Positions 1 to 13,864 of a stretch of DNA of 64,000 nt are shown one piece after another. A model generated the notes under the pieces. That model did no database searches, had not been told where the DNA came from, and saw only the letters and a list, made by a program, of their open reading frames with translations. This DNA comes from Octopus sinensis (lineage: Eukaryota). Position numbers and translations under genes: made by a program. The DNA is taken from contig NC_043001.1 in NCBI RefSeq assembly GCF_006345805.1, forward strand, positions 92,814,001 to 92,878,000. The letters run 5' to 3'. Each line of letters starts with the position of its first letter. Position 1 is the stretch's first letter.

Positions 1-650
1 GTAGAGGTAGGTTTACCCAATTTGATATAGTGGACTTTTATCCATCTATATTGAAGGACCTCCTTTCCAAGGCACTGGATTTTGTTAGGGCTTACACTGA
101 AGTTAATGATGAGAACATATGCATTACCATACATGCCAGAAGAACCCCACTCTTCAGTAAAGGGCAGCCTAGGTTAAATGAACAAATCCAGAAGGCTCCT
201 TTGATGTGGCAATAGGCACTTTTGACAGTGCTGACCTGTGTGGCCTTGTTGGCTTCTTTATCCTGTATGTATTCAAAAAGAAGTTCCCTTCAACTAGCTT
301 TGGTCTCTTCAGGGATGACGTGCTGGCAATATCAAGAGTGACAAATGGTCATATGTTAGATAAGCTTAGAAAGGATATCACCAGTACCATGAACTCTCTT
401 GGACTGAAGGTCATGATAGAAACCAACCTGATAACGGTGTTTTCCTCGATGTGACCCTGGACTTGGAGTCTGGTGCCTATAGACTCTTTACGAAGCCAAA
501 TGAGAAGCTATCATGTATTAACACAGGTTCCTGTCATCTAGCCATAGTTTTCAAGAACCTGGTAAAGGGTGTCAGCAGAAGAATCTCCAAACTATCTTCA
601 AGCAAAGAGATTTTTGTTGCTGCTATCCCGTACTATAATGAGATCTCATT
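1..650 (+). mobile_element. Penelope-like retroelement, decayed reverse transcriptase fragment
   Basis: Three frameshifted ORFs (30-215, 206-454, 451-684) join into FTQFDIVDFYPSI...FDVAIGTFDSADLCGLVG...GLFRDD...LGLKVMIETN...TLDL...YRLFTKPN...GVSRRISKLSSSKEIF, the motif order of PLE RTs of the FDVTMGSFDGAE type. Confidence 0.8.
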
Positions 651-899
651 GCCAGTGGTTTCATTCTATGATGGCTACCTTTGATGAGTGCAGGGTTACA
701 TAACCAAACTGTTGCCTAACACTCTGCTGAATATCTCGTGCAAAGCTGATTGGTAAGATCGGCCATAACGGATATATAATACTGTACACTTCAATTAATA
801 CACACACACACACACACACATACATACATATATAAATATATACGTGTATTTGTGTTTGTGTGTGTATGTCTCTGTGTGTATATACACACACATACACAT

Positions 900-1030
900 C
901 GTCATCATCATCATTTTAATCTCTATTTTCTAAGCTTGTATGGGTCAGATGATGTTCTGATGGAGCAGAGTTTCTAAAGATAAATGCCCTTCCTGACACC
1001 TGTTTCCAAACAAGATAATCATCTCTCAGT
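900..1030 (-). mobile_element. Old RTE-type 3' tail fragment with (CAT)n end
   Basis: catcatcatcattttaatctctattttc...atgcccttcctgacacc resembles the better preserved tail copies at 47832-48022 and 49640-49872. Confidence 0.4.
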
Positions 1031-4000
1031 CTATCAAACAGCAGCCATCACCATGTTTATGCAAAGAACTGGAAATAAACAACATTTGAATGAGCTATTT
1101 GTTTGCAAAAATTGTGCAACATATTACAACTTATGAAGCCCAAACACGCTTTTGCAGTAAACTGGAAGCAAAAAACACCATTTCTATGAACAATAAGATT
1201 GTTGTTTACAGTCAGCTAATACATGTAATGATGAGTGGAAATACAAACACACACAAAACATGTATATACATATATTTATGTGTGTGTGTGTGTGTGTATC
1301 TATCTATCTTTCATTTTCAAGATATTCATTTTAATAGTTTCAAGTTTCATTGTTCAGATTTTGTTCAATAATTGGAAACATGAAAATTTACACTTTCAGC
1401 TTAACAAATATATTTTGACCCCTCATTTTCAGCTCTGAGTTCTCACAGTTTTACTTCTTGTCTACAATGAATTCTTTACATTCGTGTGTTTGCAAATAAG
1501 CATGCATGTGTACACAGCACACATACACACACATACTTCCCAATATACATACACAGCAACATGTATACTTACATATATACACAAGTTCACAAAAACTAAG
1601 TTTATTGGCAATGTAACATAAAGACACATGTCCGATACAATCATACATATATGTTGCAGATGTACAGATACATACACAAACATATACAAACATTGAGATG
1701 AAAGTTCACAGACATACACAAACCTTTTAATGCTAACACATGAATGGATAGGTTCTCCATATGTACACAAAATCAAACACAGAAATATCCCCTTTTCAGT
1801 AAATTTATGAAGATAGGAAGCCATCTAATAAAATATCATTAAAATTTAAAACTCATCAATAATTTGTAAAAAAATAATGTCATCAGCTTTGAATATATTA
1901 TTATCATACTATTGTTAAAAATTATATTTGAGCTGCCTCTAAATTTGAATATAGATCTATATATATAAAGAGTGAGAGGGAGGTGCATGTATGTTTGTGT
2001 GTGTTTCAAGATATTATTTTAAACACATGTCAAAACTACATATATGTATATTTGCACATAATTACAATTTTATTTACATATGTATACATACTTGCTTCTC
2101 CAAACTTTCAGAAACATAGAAAAGAAAGAAGCAGCTGATATATGTGTGTCATATTGCCGCATATCTCTGATGAGGTTCTGTCATACAGTAGATATATAAA
2201 GTAAGGCAAATCATTCAATAAAACCTGTTTACATATCAGTGTAAAAGAATATTGATTTCAAGAACATTGCTCTCATTGCTTGGCATACATATACGAAAGC
2301 AGTAGATAGCATTGCTATTAGTTGCAGCTGCTACAGTATTTGTGGCATTAGTAGCAGTTTGCAACTACTATAGTGACAGAAGTTGTGATAGTGGTATTGT
2401 GCTATGCAATGACAATTACGAAAATAATATCCTTAACATCATTTTCCTTTTTCTTCTTTTACAAAATGAGAAGGAAATGTTATGAGATACTGTCTTAAAG
2501 TGAAAATACGTTTATATTTTTATTTTACCATAAGAACATAGAAAAATAAGTAGAGATGACAAAGAACAATACTACATTTATGTGTGAATATGTGTGTGTG
2601 CAAGTGCATGTGTGTGTGATCATGTAAAAATGAAAATTTATATATTAATGACTAAATGAATCCTGCCATACAAAATATATAAAGCAACTGCAACTAGGAT
2701 ACCAGCCATAAAAATAGTTACAATATAGAGTCAAAAGAAGATAGCAATAGAATTCCCTTCAAAGCCAGTAAACAATATGACTGAACAAAATAGGAAGCCA
2801 TAATATTGTTCAGTAGCTCTTGTCTAAAAGAACAAACACAAAAATTTCCTGTTGCTCCATGAGATCGGAGGCTACCCACAAGATATGTAAAGAAGCAGAA
2901 AACACATAGTTTTAAAATGAGATAGTGCACTGGAAACAATTTTGTACCAGGTTATTTGTTATTGACAAATGAAAGTATTCATTGATGTAACTAAGTATAT
3001 TCACTGGAATATATAAAAACACTATCAAATCAAGATGGACAGAAAATGGTACTAATATTCACTGAAAACTATGAATAAGAGTGACAAAATACACTACCAT
3101 GAAACAAACTAGTATAATATGATAGGGAAATTAAGAATATCATTTAAGAATATTTCTTTCATTAATATATGCTTTCCAACCATAATAGTAATTGTTTCAT
3201 ATATACACATAAAGCAGATTTTTTACAAGTGGATCTGAGAAGTTGTGGTACTTATGCATGTAAGAATATAATCTGAATCATAGACAACTTGTTCATGTAA
3301 ATTTTCATGGCAAATTATAAGTTTTGACAAGGAGGGAGTAGGTTATTAAACTTATCAATATCCTTGCTAATGAATTTACAATTTTGTTTTAATATTAGGT
3401 GTCTAAGTACTTCAACTTATTTAATCAGAAGGCACTGAAGTAAATTTTAATACATCTGCTACTTCAGCAAGTAGAATTTTGAATTTGTAAGAATGGTGTA
3501 CAGCTATTGTAACCTCAATGCACTAAGCTCAACACTTCACCAGATGCCAAAAATTAAGTGAGTTGGGTAATTTCCCCTCTTCTTTACAAGTATCCATAGA
3601 CTCCCACAAATCACTTCTTACTCCTCTTCAAAATATAAATCTCTCAACTCATCTAAACTTTATCATTGCTGCCCAATGATAAACTATGTTCATACATAGA
3701 TACATCTAAAGTTAAAAGTTTAAAAGACTGAGACTAGTTGTTATTACTAAGATTTAAATTACATTTTAACTGTTGAGCACCATCAAGTATCATATTTCTG
3801 GATATATATATCATACAACACTAGGTAGAAAAAAATAGAAATCATTATTTCTAAACTAATAGTGGTGTCCTTAGTTTAGAAAGAAAGGTTCTTAGTTTGA
3901 ATCCATGAATAAAATACATCATGATGATCAGATCAAATCAATCAAAATATAGTGTAAATATACTTAAATTTATTTTTCCAATTTAATAATCTGGAAAATA

Positions 4001-6942
4001 TATAATCTTTAATACATCCTAGGTATCTAAATTATATAAGCACCCTTTGAAATACTAAGCCAAAACCTGTATTTGAATATTAAAAAAAGACAGGCAACCA
4101 ATATGTTATACTACTAAAAAGCAAACATCAGTATACAGACATAGTTATGAAAAAAAATCATTACTGATTTGAGAAGCAAAATCCTAACTTAATTTTCTAA
4201 AAAGATCTATCTGGCCTCTATGTATGTTGTTATTACCAAAATCTAGGAGGTTTCATAAAAAATATCTATATGAAAGATACATCTCATCGTAGAAAACCTA
4301 CAACAGGTGACAGTTCTTCAAACTGTTATCACCATGCAATTCAGGAGAATTGATAGGAATAATTCTAAACTAATATAAAATAAATATATCAACAACTGAA
4401 TTTAACTTTCCTCACCACCACCACCACACAAAAAAAATGTCCTGCAAAGAAGTAAAATGCAGCAATATGTTTTCTAAGTATATATTTATCTTACAAAGGA
4501 GGATTATGTATGAAATAAGAATTGTGTGCTGCAAATGATTTTTAGGCTTTTTATAATGTAAATATATTGCCTAATGCATTTATTTATTCTTTTTCTATAA
4601 ACCATGTTATCAGTTAATCAGATTTTAAATTCTAACAATTTCTGAAGAAAGTTCAAAATGAATAAAATCTTTCTGAAATCATTGAAATATATTATTTTGA
4701 TTAAAGAGCCACCATTACTCTAGCAATGATCATTATTCAATATATCATCATCATCATCATCTTTATTTTTTCAAAGAAAAAAATTTTGTATTTTCTCTAA
4801 AGAAAGTTAAAATAGAAAGATAAAACAAGACAACAGAAATTACAAGAATAACATGTTTGTCCATTTGAGGTCTGGGAAGGGTGGGGGTGATTTTCAACAT
4901 GTTTTTATTTGATTTCCTCTCCTTTACTCATTTTAATTCTTATCATTCAATGAATGTGGAAAGGACCAAGCAACAAAAATCACAATACATATTTCTCTAT
5001 GAATCAAACGACTGGATAGAACAAAGAGAACTAAATGTTAGCTTTTAATTTCTTCAGAAATTATGCAAGAGATATTCAAAATTATTTAAATTTAAGCATA
5101 CATTTTACTTTGTAAATTTAGATTACTTGTCTTATTCATTGGGGCTTGTTTTAATACATTTTTAATCTCACCACTGAATAAAAGATTCATTATTAGTAAA
5201 CTTAATTATTTTATATATTTTTGGAGCTCTTTTTTAGTAGAAAACAAAGAAAAAATACCCTATTTAAAATTAGCTAGCCTCTTATAGACATGTGCTTATA
5301 TTATAGAGTATTTTTTTCTTATCTATATAAATGACAACCAGCTACTTGCCTGGAATATCATGAGTCAGGGGTCACCATCAGTGTTAGAGATGCCAAAGAC
5401 TGCTAAATTTAGAATATACCACATAATCACTTTCCAACCTTCTTTTCAAGATTTGTACCCTACTGAAACTCACTCACATCATGCCTACATCTCTACAACA
5501 ATGACTAACAAAACATTTGAAACAGAACAAAAGGATTAATCAAGTTAGTAAAACACCAAATCTGCATGACAATTAATAAATCTGGCACACCAAAGTACAA
5601 TTTTGTGTTTAGTCCTGCAGTGAAAATAGTATTGAAGGAATCCCATTCAATTATACTGATTTTCTGATACACCATTACAGCATAGAAATGGACTTTACTA
5701 CACCAAATTTTGTAAGTTGTAAGCTTTATTAACACACAAAAAAAGTTAACTAAGCACAATAACAACTGTAATTGAATCATATATATTAGAGATACCTGTA
5801 GAATACTAAATTTTCTAATTATCATGTTGTGTTGGAATATTAGAAAAGATTCAACAGCTGTCAAACTGTCAATATGTAAATTAGCTAATTTTCTGTAAAG
5901 TGAAGCATATCCTTTTTGACTAAAAGTGGTTTCTTCTCAGCATTACACAATCAGAGTTTTAGATAAACCATTACTGGAACATTATATTGTCCAAAAAATT
6001 GTGCAGTGAATTTTACACAGGTGTTGTGCTACTAAGAAATAACTTAGGGTACTTCCTGAGCAATTTCAAAGCAATCATGTTTATAACCAAGTTAGCCGAC
6101 ATCCCAATACAAGAGCTTAACATGTTATTAAAAATAGCATTCCATTAATATCTACTAAGAAAATATATGCAATTATTCAAAAGACCCTTTGGCATTAACA
6201 AACTATTTAACTGAAGAGGTGATTAGAGTTACTCATTGCTCCCTCTCTCTATGGCATTCATTAAACACCCCACTGACCCCTGGCTCCCACTGAATGCCAT
6301 ACCTCAAGGATTCAAAAAGTTGTCAACTACCTCCATTCATACTGTTAAAGGGACTTCTAAGCCACCCTGTATATCTATACACCCCTTTAACATTGCTTAA
6401 GGGCTTAAACTTAAATAAATTGAATAGGTGGATTTTCAAATAAAGCACATTACTGACAGATAGTTTAGTTACATTATTATAACACTAGAAATGCTCAATG
6501 AAATTCCATGATTATTTTGAAAATTGTAGATAGGTGGAAGTTTATAGAAAACAATGAAATATAATTTTTTGAAATTGCATTTTTTTTAAAACATTTGATA
6601 CTTTAAGATAGTATAAAAGTCCACATATAGTACTGAATGTGTGGCTTTAGGAGACAACAACTCTGCAAACTATTATTCTTTATGTACACTTGTCACCTCT
6701 TCTACCTTGAGAGCTGCATTCTACATCAATAAGTAAACAATTTAAACTACAGAATTAAATTGAAGACATAATCTATTAAAAATATTATTCTGTTACTGCA
6801 CAAATACATTAGAAAACCTCCAGCAAATCTTAATATAATGTCTTCCATTCATATTTTCAGATTAAGAGAAAATTTGATATAGTTAGACTTGAACCCACAA
6901 TTCCAGTGAATGAAGTACTGTAGCAGCCTCACTGAACTGAAA

Positions 6943-8225
6943 TTTTTATGTGCCACCGGCACGGAAGCCAGTCAGTGGCTCTGGCAACGATCATGCTCAG
7001 ATGGTGCTTTTAATGTTCCACTGGCATGGGTGCCAATAAGGCAGTACTGTCATCAGCCATGTCAGCAATTTTGATTTCACTTGCCTCAACAGGTCTTCGC
7101 AAGCAACATTTATGGTCCAATGAATGAAGGATACTCATAAGTGGGCTGGTTATACACCACTGTCATAGGCCATGGTTATGACCTCACTTGGCTTGCCAGG
7201 TCTTCTCAAGCACAGTATATCTCCAAAGGTCTCAGTCATTAGTCATTGCCTCAGTGAGGCCACATGTTTGAAGGTTGTGCTTCATACAACCTCATCCCAG
7301 GTCTTCCTGGGTCTACCTCTTCCACAGGTTACCTCAACTGCTAGGGTGTAACACTTTTTCACACAGCTGTCCTCATCCATTTGCAACACACGACCATACC
7401 AGTGCAGCCGTCTCTCTTGCACATCACATCTGATGCTTCTTAAGTCCAACTTTTCTCTCGGGGCATTTACACTCTGTCATGTATGCACACTGACATTATA
7501 CATCCAGTGGCGCATACTGGCTTCATTCCTTGCAAGCTTATGCATGTCCTCAGCAGTCACGGCCCATGTTTCACTGCCATGTAGCATGGCTGTTCATATA
7601 CGTGTCATACAGTCTACCTTTTATCTGAGTGAGAGGCCCTTTGTCACTAGCAGAGGTAAGATCTCTCTGAACTTTGCCCAGGCTATTATAACTCTAGCAG
7701 CTCAGAGCATCCGACCCCACTACTGACTTGGTCACCTAGGTAACGGAAGCTATCAACTACTTCTAGATTTTCTCCTTGGAATGTAATGGAAGCTGTTCTC
7801 TGCACATTTTCAGTGTTTATTGCTCCTGAGCATTTGCCACATACAAGAACTATCTTCCCAGTTAGCTTTCCTTTGACATTGCTGCATCTCTTATGTATCC
7901 ATAGCTTACACTGAGTACATATTATGGAGTTTCTGCCTACGCCTTTTCTACAGATCAAGTAGGGCCATCTACCTGAAGGGATTTGTGGTTTGTCTGCCTT
8001 CCTAATTATTAAGACTTTGGTTTTAGCTAGGTTAAGGCATTTCGATTCTAATCCTTGCTTCCACACCTGAAACTTCTCCTCTACTTCTGATAGTGACTCA
8101 GCAATTAGAGCAAGGTCATCAGCATAGAGGAGCTCCCAGGGGCATCCTGTCTTGAATTCCTCTATTATTGCCTGGAGGACTATAATGAATAAGAGGAGGC
8201 TGAGGACTGATCCACTCCACACATT
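6943..8225 (-). mobile_element. 5'-truncated RTE-clade LINE (RT C-terminal half plus part of 3' UTR), decayed
   Basis: ORF 8237-7686 has GSVLSLLLFIIVLQAI, LLYADDLALIAES, LNLAKTK and FRYLG; downstream frames give RRLHWYG and GRGRPRKTWDEVV, typical of RTE ORFs. Confidence 0.9.
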
Positions 8226-10302
8226 TGCACACACCACACCTATTATCTTCCTTCTTACCCCTCAACCTTTACACCACACATACTTACTTTACACTATTTA
8301 ACTTATTACCCAGCACCATGCAGCCCATTTTCATCCAAACAGCATATACATACACCTACACACATTCCTTCTTTCTATTCCACACATACTAGCATCCTCT
8401 GTGCATTCATATCCATCCTCACACATGCAGCAGCAAGTATACAATCACACACACTTCCCAACACTTTTGTCACTCCTATTTCACCTAACACCTATATCCA
8501 AGATGTCACACCTAACTTCCTCCTACAACACACACATACAAGTACCTATACACAAAGACACAATATATACATGCACACATTAGATTCATATACACAGTGA
8601 GGTAAAACAGACTGGTGGTTGGTTTGTAAAACTATATTCAACTCTATCAGTGGGTCTTGGAATTTGCTACTGAATCTCAAATTTGGTTATGATTATGAGC
8701 TGGTGAGATACAACCTTTCTATATAAGACTCAACACACAAGCATCTGCCACTTAAAAGCGTTTCTCACTCATGGTGTAAATCAGGTAATTTTAAAACTTT
8801 TTTGTCTCTAGTAATCAATAAATTTCAAACGCAAAATTGTCAGGGACTTTCCACAATCCTTAATAACACTTTTCATTTTATAGCTTGATTGAAAGCTGAA
8901 TAAGAACTCAAACAGCATAAAAAAGAAAAGAATGAAAATTTATACCTCTACAGGAATAGTTGAAGCTAAATGCAGAGATGATCTAAATATTATGTACTAC
9001 AAAATGACAATGCCACAGAACCTCAGATGTGATTAAAAAAACATACAACCATGAGATCCTAAGAGACCTGCACACAAATTGTCACACTGTAGAATAATAT
9101 GATGTTTCAAACATTCATTAAAATATAAGAGTTCAGGGAGTGCTTCCAGTTACCATTACAAGAGGCTTAAATATTGAATAATATTAAGTGCAACACTGTT
9201 TGTTTCACCAGTGAAAATGGTTTTTTCTTTATATTGTTTTGTTTATAATTTTTAATTAAAACTTCAGTTTGACTAAAAATTCAACATTATAAAGAATGCC
9301 ACAATACATTTAAAAAATAAAAAAACAAATTGAATTTTTTAAAGAAACGAGATTTCAGGTTCAGTGCATTATATATACATATACATCATAACTGGAGGTT
9401 CCTACAAGACAACCTGCTGAGGGCTACTTACCAGATCTGTGAATGGTGCAAAGTCCCCTCTTGACCCAAAGTAATATGGTGGTGAAACAATGTAGTTCAC
9501 AGGGCCGTTAGGGAAAAGAAATAGGCATGGGAAGACTTATTTTTTTAAGCAGGAGAGTTAAACAGAAAGGTATTAAGATGAAAGATAAGCATTTGTACTT
9601 CAGGAATGTGTTAGATAATTTATGTTTACAGTTGATAATAAGGTCACTGTGTTCATTTACTTAATCACAGCATTGCATAATAGTTATGATTTTTGAAATG
9701 CAGAGATCACACTTGTTACTATACCAGCTATAAAGTTTAGCATGCATTACAATGTACCATTTTATGTTGTACTGAATTTCATATTAAGTTTAATATTTCA
9801 TATTAAGTTTAGATCAGAAGCGAAAGCTAACAGTGCTTCTTTATCTGGGCATATACTTAACTTAATACACAATGCGATGACATTATTATGAATTGTAAAC
9901 ATAAATTATCAAAAACATTCTTAAAGTACAAATGCTAATTTTTCACCCATACACCTTTCAATTTAATTCTCCTAACTCTTGTATGGTCTGATATTTCCAG
10001 ATTATTTGTAACCTTACTTTTCCACCTCACATCTACACCAATTTGTGCATGACACAGTAATCATTTGTATGCAGGTCAGTCTATGTGTCATAGAACGTAT
10101 GTATATTTCAGAGTGTAATTTCATTCTCGGTGTTTCTGGCTATTTCTTTTGTATCACTTTTATTGTACCTTTACATATTTCTTTAAGTCATTTTGTTGTC
10201 TTGTATTTCTATTATTCGTTTTGTCTTTACCTTGCATGCTTTATATAATCCACCAGCACATATACCTATGGTATGTATATGTGTGCTAGTGTATATTTTC
10301 TT

Positions 10303-10495
10303 TTACTTTTATCAGTCATTTGACTGTGGCCATGCTGGAGCACCACCTTTAGACGAACAAACTGACCCCAGGACTTATTCTTTGTAAGCCTAGTACTTAT
10401 TCTATCAGTCTCTTTTGCCAAATTGCTAAGTTACAGGGATGTAAACACACCAACATAAGTTGTCAAGTGATGGTGTGGGGACAAACACAGATACG

Positions 10496-10549
<54 letters not shown>

Positions 10550-11160
10550 GAAGGTAGCAAAGTAACACACAAGTTGATATGTATAAGGAAAATAATACAA
10601 GGTAGAAAATGCTAAAATAATTTTATCATTAAGTACATTTTAGTACCAGTTTCCATCTTTTTAGACTTTTTCAACAAAGAGTAAAATAAGAAAAACAATT
10701 AAATTGGAGAAAATTAATGAAGTGAAATGTTTTGTAGGTATTTCAGACACTCACAAAAGAATAGAGAGAGACAGACAGACTGTCTGAAAACTATGAAAAT
10801 ATCTACAAAACATTTCTCTTAATATTTTTCTCCAATTTAATTGTTTTTTCTTATTTTACTCTTAGTTGAAAAAGTCTAAAAAGATGGAAACCGGTACTAA
10901 AATGTACTTCATGATAAAATTATTTTAGCATTTTCTACCTTGTCTGATTTTCCTTATACACACAAACATATATATATATATATAAATATATATGCATACA
11001 CAATGGGCTTCTTTCAGTTTTCATCTACCAAATCCACTCACAAGGCTTTGGTCAGCCTGAGACTATAGTAGAAGACACTTGCCCAAAGTTCCACACAGTG
11101 GAATTGAACTCAGAACCATGTGGTTGGGAAGCAAGCTTCTAACCACACAGCCACTCCTGA
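10303..11160 (-). mobile_element. tRNA-derived SINE family A copy, split by a foldback insertion in its internal (TA)n
   Basis: 3' half at 10303-10500 and 5' half at ~10965-11160 match the intact copy at 13340-13720; the A-box/B-box-like head is at the 11160 end. Confidence 0.85.
10580..10960. repeat. Foldback palindrome, ~170-bp arms, PLE-terminus-like with a degenerate hammerhead motif in each arm
   Basis: 10580-10749 is the near-exact reverse complement of 10781-10960; the right arm contains TTAG-TTGAAAAA-GTC-TAAAAA-GATG-GAAAC-CG-GTA-CTAA (10862-10900). Confidence 0.85.
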
Positions 11161-11172
11161 TCATCATTATCA

Positions 11173-11204
<32 letters not shown>

Positions 11205-11511
11205 TGTGTACACATGGGTATGCATGCATTCTTAGGTACAAGTGTATGTTTGTGTATGTATTTATTACATGCAAATGAGTGTTTATATATATATTGTGTC
11301 CATGCATGCAGTTGGTGTGACTAATTCAGATGACAGAATTCCAGTAGGTCAGAAAATCCTTTCAGCACCTCACTTAGATAAAAGTTTATGACCACAATTT
11401 TCCCCCTTTTCTCTGTTTAGTCTTTCTTCTCTGCCATTCTTTCTCTTTTTCTCTCCACTCCTCAACTCCAAACCATTGCCACTCTTGCATAGTTTGGTCT
11501 CACCCTTTCCC

Positions 11512-11897
11512 TTGACATACCTCTTGGACATTTAAAAATTCCTTTTTTTATTTTCTACAACTGGCTTCTCCATTCAGTTCAATACACCACTGTGGTGGAT
11601 TTGACTTGAAAATTCCGAAAGACAATGTAATCTTCATTTTATTAAGGTAATCTCAGCTAGATGATTAACTAAGCTGAGTATCACTCGTTGCATAACTGTT
11701 ACATCATGAGGTTCAGCTGGCTAAGAGACATGTAACATGCATTTTACCTGTTCCACTCTCTTAAGTTGGATTTTTATTCGCATTTGTAGCAGTTCTCTAT
11801 AACTACAACTTACTGCCTGAGTGGTGTATTGAACTGAATGGAGTAGTCAGTAGTAGAAATAAAAAAAGAATTTTTAAATGGCCAAGAGGTATGTCAA
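11512..11897. repeat. Inverted-repeat element (~80-bp arms, ~230-bp core), MITE/foldback-like
   Basis: 11512-11591 pairs with 11820-11897, including a perfect 24-bp CTCCATTCAGTTCAATACACCACT / AGTGGTGTATTGAACTGAATGGAG match. Confidence 0.8.
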
Positions 11898-11965
11898 CTT
11901 CCCACAGTTTGAACCCTGGAGAGTATTTATATATTCTTTTACTCTTTTATTACATTTACTTGTTT

Positions 11966-12371
11966 CTTTTACTCTTTTATTCTTTTATTTGTTTCAGTCA
12001 TTTCACTGTGGTCTTGGTGGAGCACTGCATTGAATAGTTTTAATAGAACAAATCAACCCCAAGACTTATTTTTTTAAACCTAGTACTAATTCTATTGGTC
12101 TCTTTTGCTGAACTGCTAAGTTACAGAGACACAAACGCACCAACGCTGATTGTCAAGCAGTGATGGGGAGACAAGCACAGACACAAAGACACACATACGT
12201 ATATATGTGTGTGTATGATGGGCTTCTTTTAGTTTCCGTCCACCAAATCCACTCACAAGACTTTGGTCAGCCCAAGGTTATGGTAAGAGACACTTGCCCA
12301 AGGTGCCATGCAGTGGGATTGAACCTAGAATTACATGGTTGGGAAGCAAGCTTTTAACAACACAGCCACAT
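11966..12371 (-). mobile_element. SINE family A copy
   Basis: Full-length similarity to the reverse complement of 13340-13720. Confidence 0.85.
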
Positions 12372-12393
12372 ATTTTTCCTTCTATCAAGAGAA

Positions 12394-12740
12394 TGCAGCC
12401 ATGCTGGGGCACCACCTTTAAGAATTTTTAGTCGAATGAATCAACCCTAGTACTTATTTTTTTAAAGCCAGGTATTTATTCTATTGGTTTCTTTGGCTAA
12501 CTACTAAGTTATGAGGATGTAAACAAACCAACACCAGTTGTCAAGCAGTGATGGGGGACAAACACAGACACAAAGACACACACACATATATATGATGGGT
12601 TTCTTTCAGTTTCTGTCTAAAAAGGCTTTGATTGGCCCGAGGCTATAGTAGAAGACACTTGGCCAATGTAACATGCAGTGGGACAAAACCTGGAGCCATA
12701 TAGTTATGAAGCAAACTTCTTACCACACAGTCATGCCTGA
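12394..12740 (-). mobile_element. SINE family A copy (tandem with previous)
   Basis: Same ordered motifs: ccatgctggggcacc, tacttattctat, gttgtcaagc, ctttcagtttc, ggctatagtagaagacactt, cttaccacacag. Confidence 0.8.
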
Positions 12741-13078
12741 ACCTCTATACATATATAAATACATATACATAAACACACACACACACATAAAATGGAGGTA
12801 ACTATATGCAATACAAAACAAAACAGGAAAAATCCAATTGTCACTAACTGTGACTGAGGGTGCAGGGTAGCAACTATATTGCTAGAAATAAGAGATCTAT
12901 ACATATATATAAATACATAATTGATAACAATTATATATTTGCTATATCAGAAATGTGCAATGGCTCCATAACTACCATTTCGGCTACAACCTCAGAGCCC
13001 TAGTAATCCGTTACAGCACTTACCTAGCAAACCTAATCACTTAGATCACCTGTGAACTAAACCCCTATACTTTGTACT

Positions 13079-13138
<60 letters not shown>

Positions 13139-13154
13139 AACACATAATAAATGC

Positions 13155-13185
<31 letters not shown>

Positions 13186-13339
13186 TGTATATATATACAC
13201 ACATAAATAAATGTGTATGTATATATACATAAATAAATGCATATATATATGTATATATATACACACACACATATATAGATATGTACATGTGTATACATAT
13301 ATACATATATAAATACATATATATGTGTGTCTATATATA

Positions 13340-13720
13340 GGCGCAGCCGTGGCTGTGTGGTTAGAAGCTTGCTTCCCACTCACATGGTTCTGGGTTCAGT
13401 CCCACAGAGTGGTACCTTGAGCAAGTGTCTTCTACTATAGCCTCAGGCTGACCAAAGCTTTGTGAGTGGATTTGGTAGATGGAAACTGAAAAAAGCCCGT
13501 CATATAATATATGTAGGTGTGCCTTTGTGTCTGTGTTTGCGCCTCCCACCATCACTTGATAACCGATGTTGGTATGTTTGTGTCCCTGTAACTTAGCAGT
13601 TCGGCAAAAGAGACTGATAGAATAAGTACCAAGCTTGCAAAGAATAAGTCCTGGGGTCGATTTGTCCAAGTAAAGGTGGTGCTCCAGCATGGCTGCAGTC
13701 AAACAACTGAAACAAATAAA
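13340..13720 (+). mobile_element. SINE family A, complete copy (tRNA-like head, internal TA/TG microsatellite, LINE-derived 3' end)
   Basis: GGCGCAGCCGTGGCTGTGTGGTTAG (A-box-like) and GGGTTCAGTCCC (B-box-like); ends GGTGGTGCTCCAGCATGGCTGCAGTCAAACAACTGAAACAAATAAAA. Confidence 0.9.
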
Positions 13721-13722
13721 AT

Positions 13723-13761
<39 letters not shown>

Positions 13762-13864
13762 ATCTACATATACGTATAAATACATATATATACATATATA
13801 TATATATACAAATTTACATATAAATAAATACATACATATATATCTACATATATAAATACATATA

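Noticed and set aside
672-718. Hammerhead-like GGCTAC...TTGATGAG...GGTT-ACAT-AACC-AAAC...GTTGCC just after the PLE RT fragment
   Set aside because: Core is mutated (no CUGA, G12 missing); plausible PLE relic but not supportable as a ribozyme.
9430-9540. Minus-strand stop-free stretch ending in a GTAAGT donor (NGPVNYIVSPPYYFGSRGDFAPFTDL)
   Set aside because: Phase 0, no clear acceptor and no resemblance to the expected Ig4 exon.
12970-13010. Minus-strand CTGAGG-TTGTAG-CC-GAAAT-GGTA
   Set aside because: CUGAnGA core is incomplete; at most a decayed copy.
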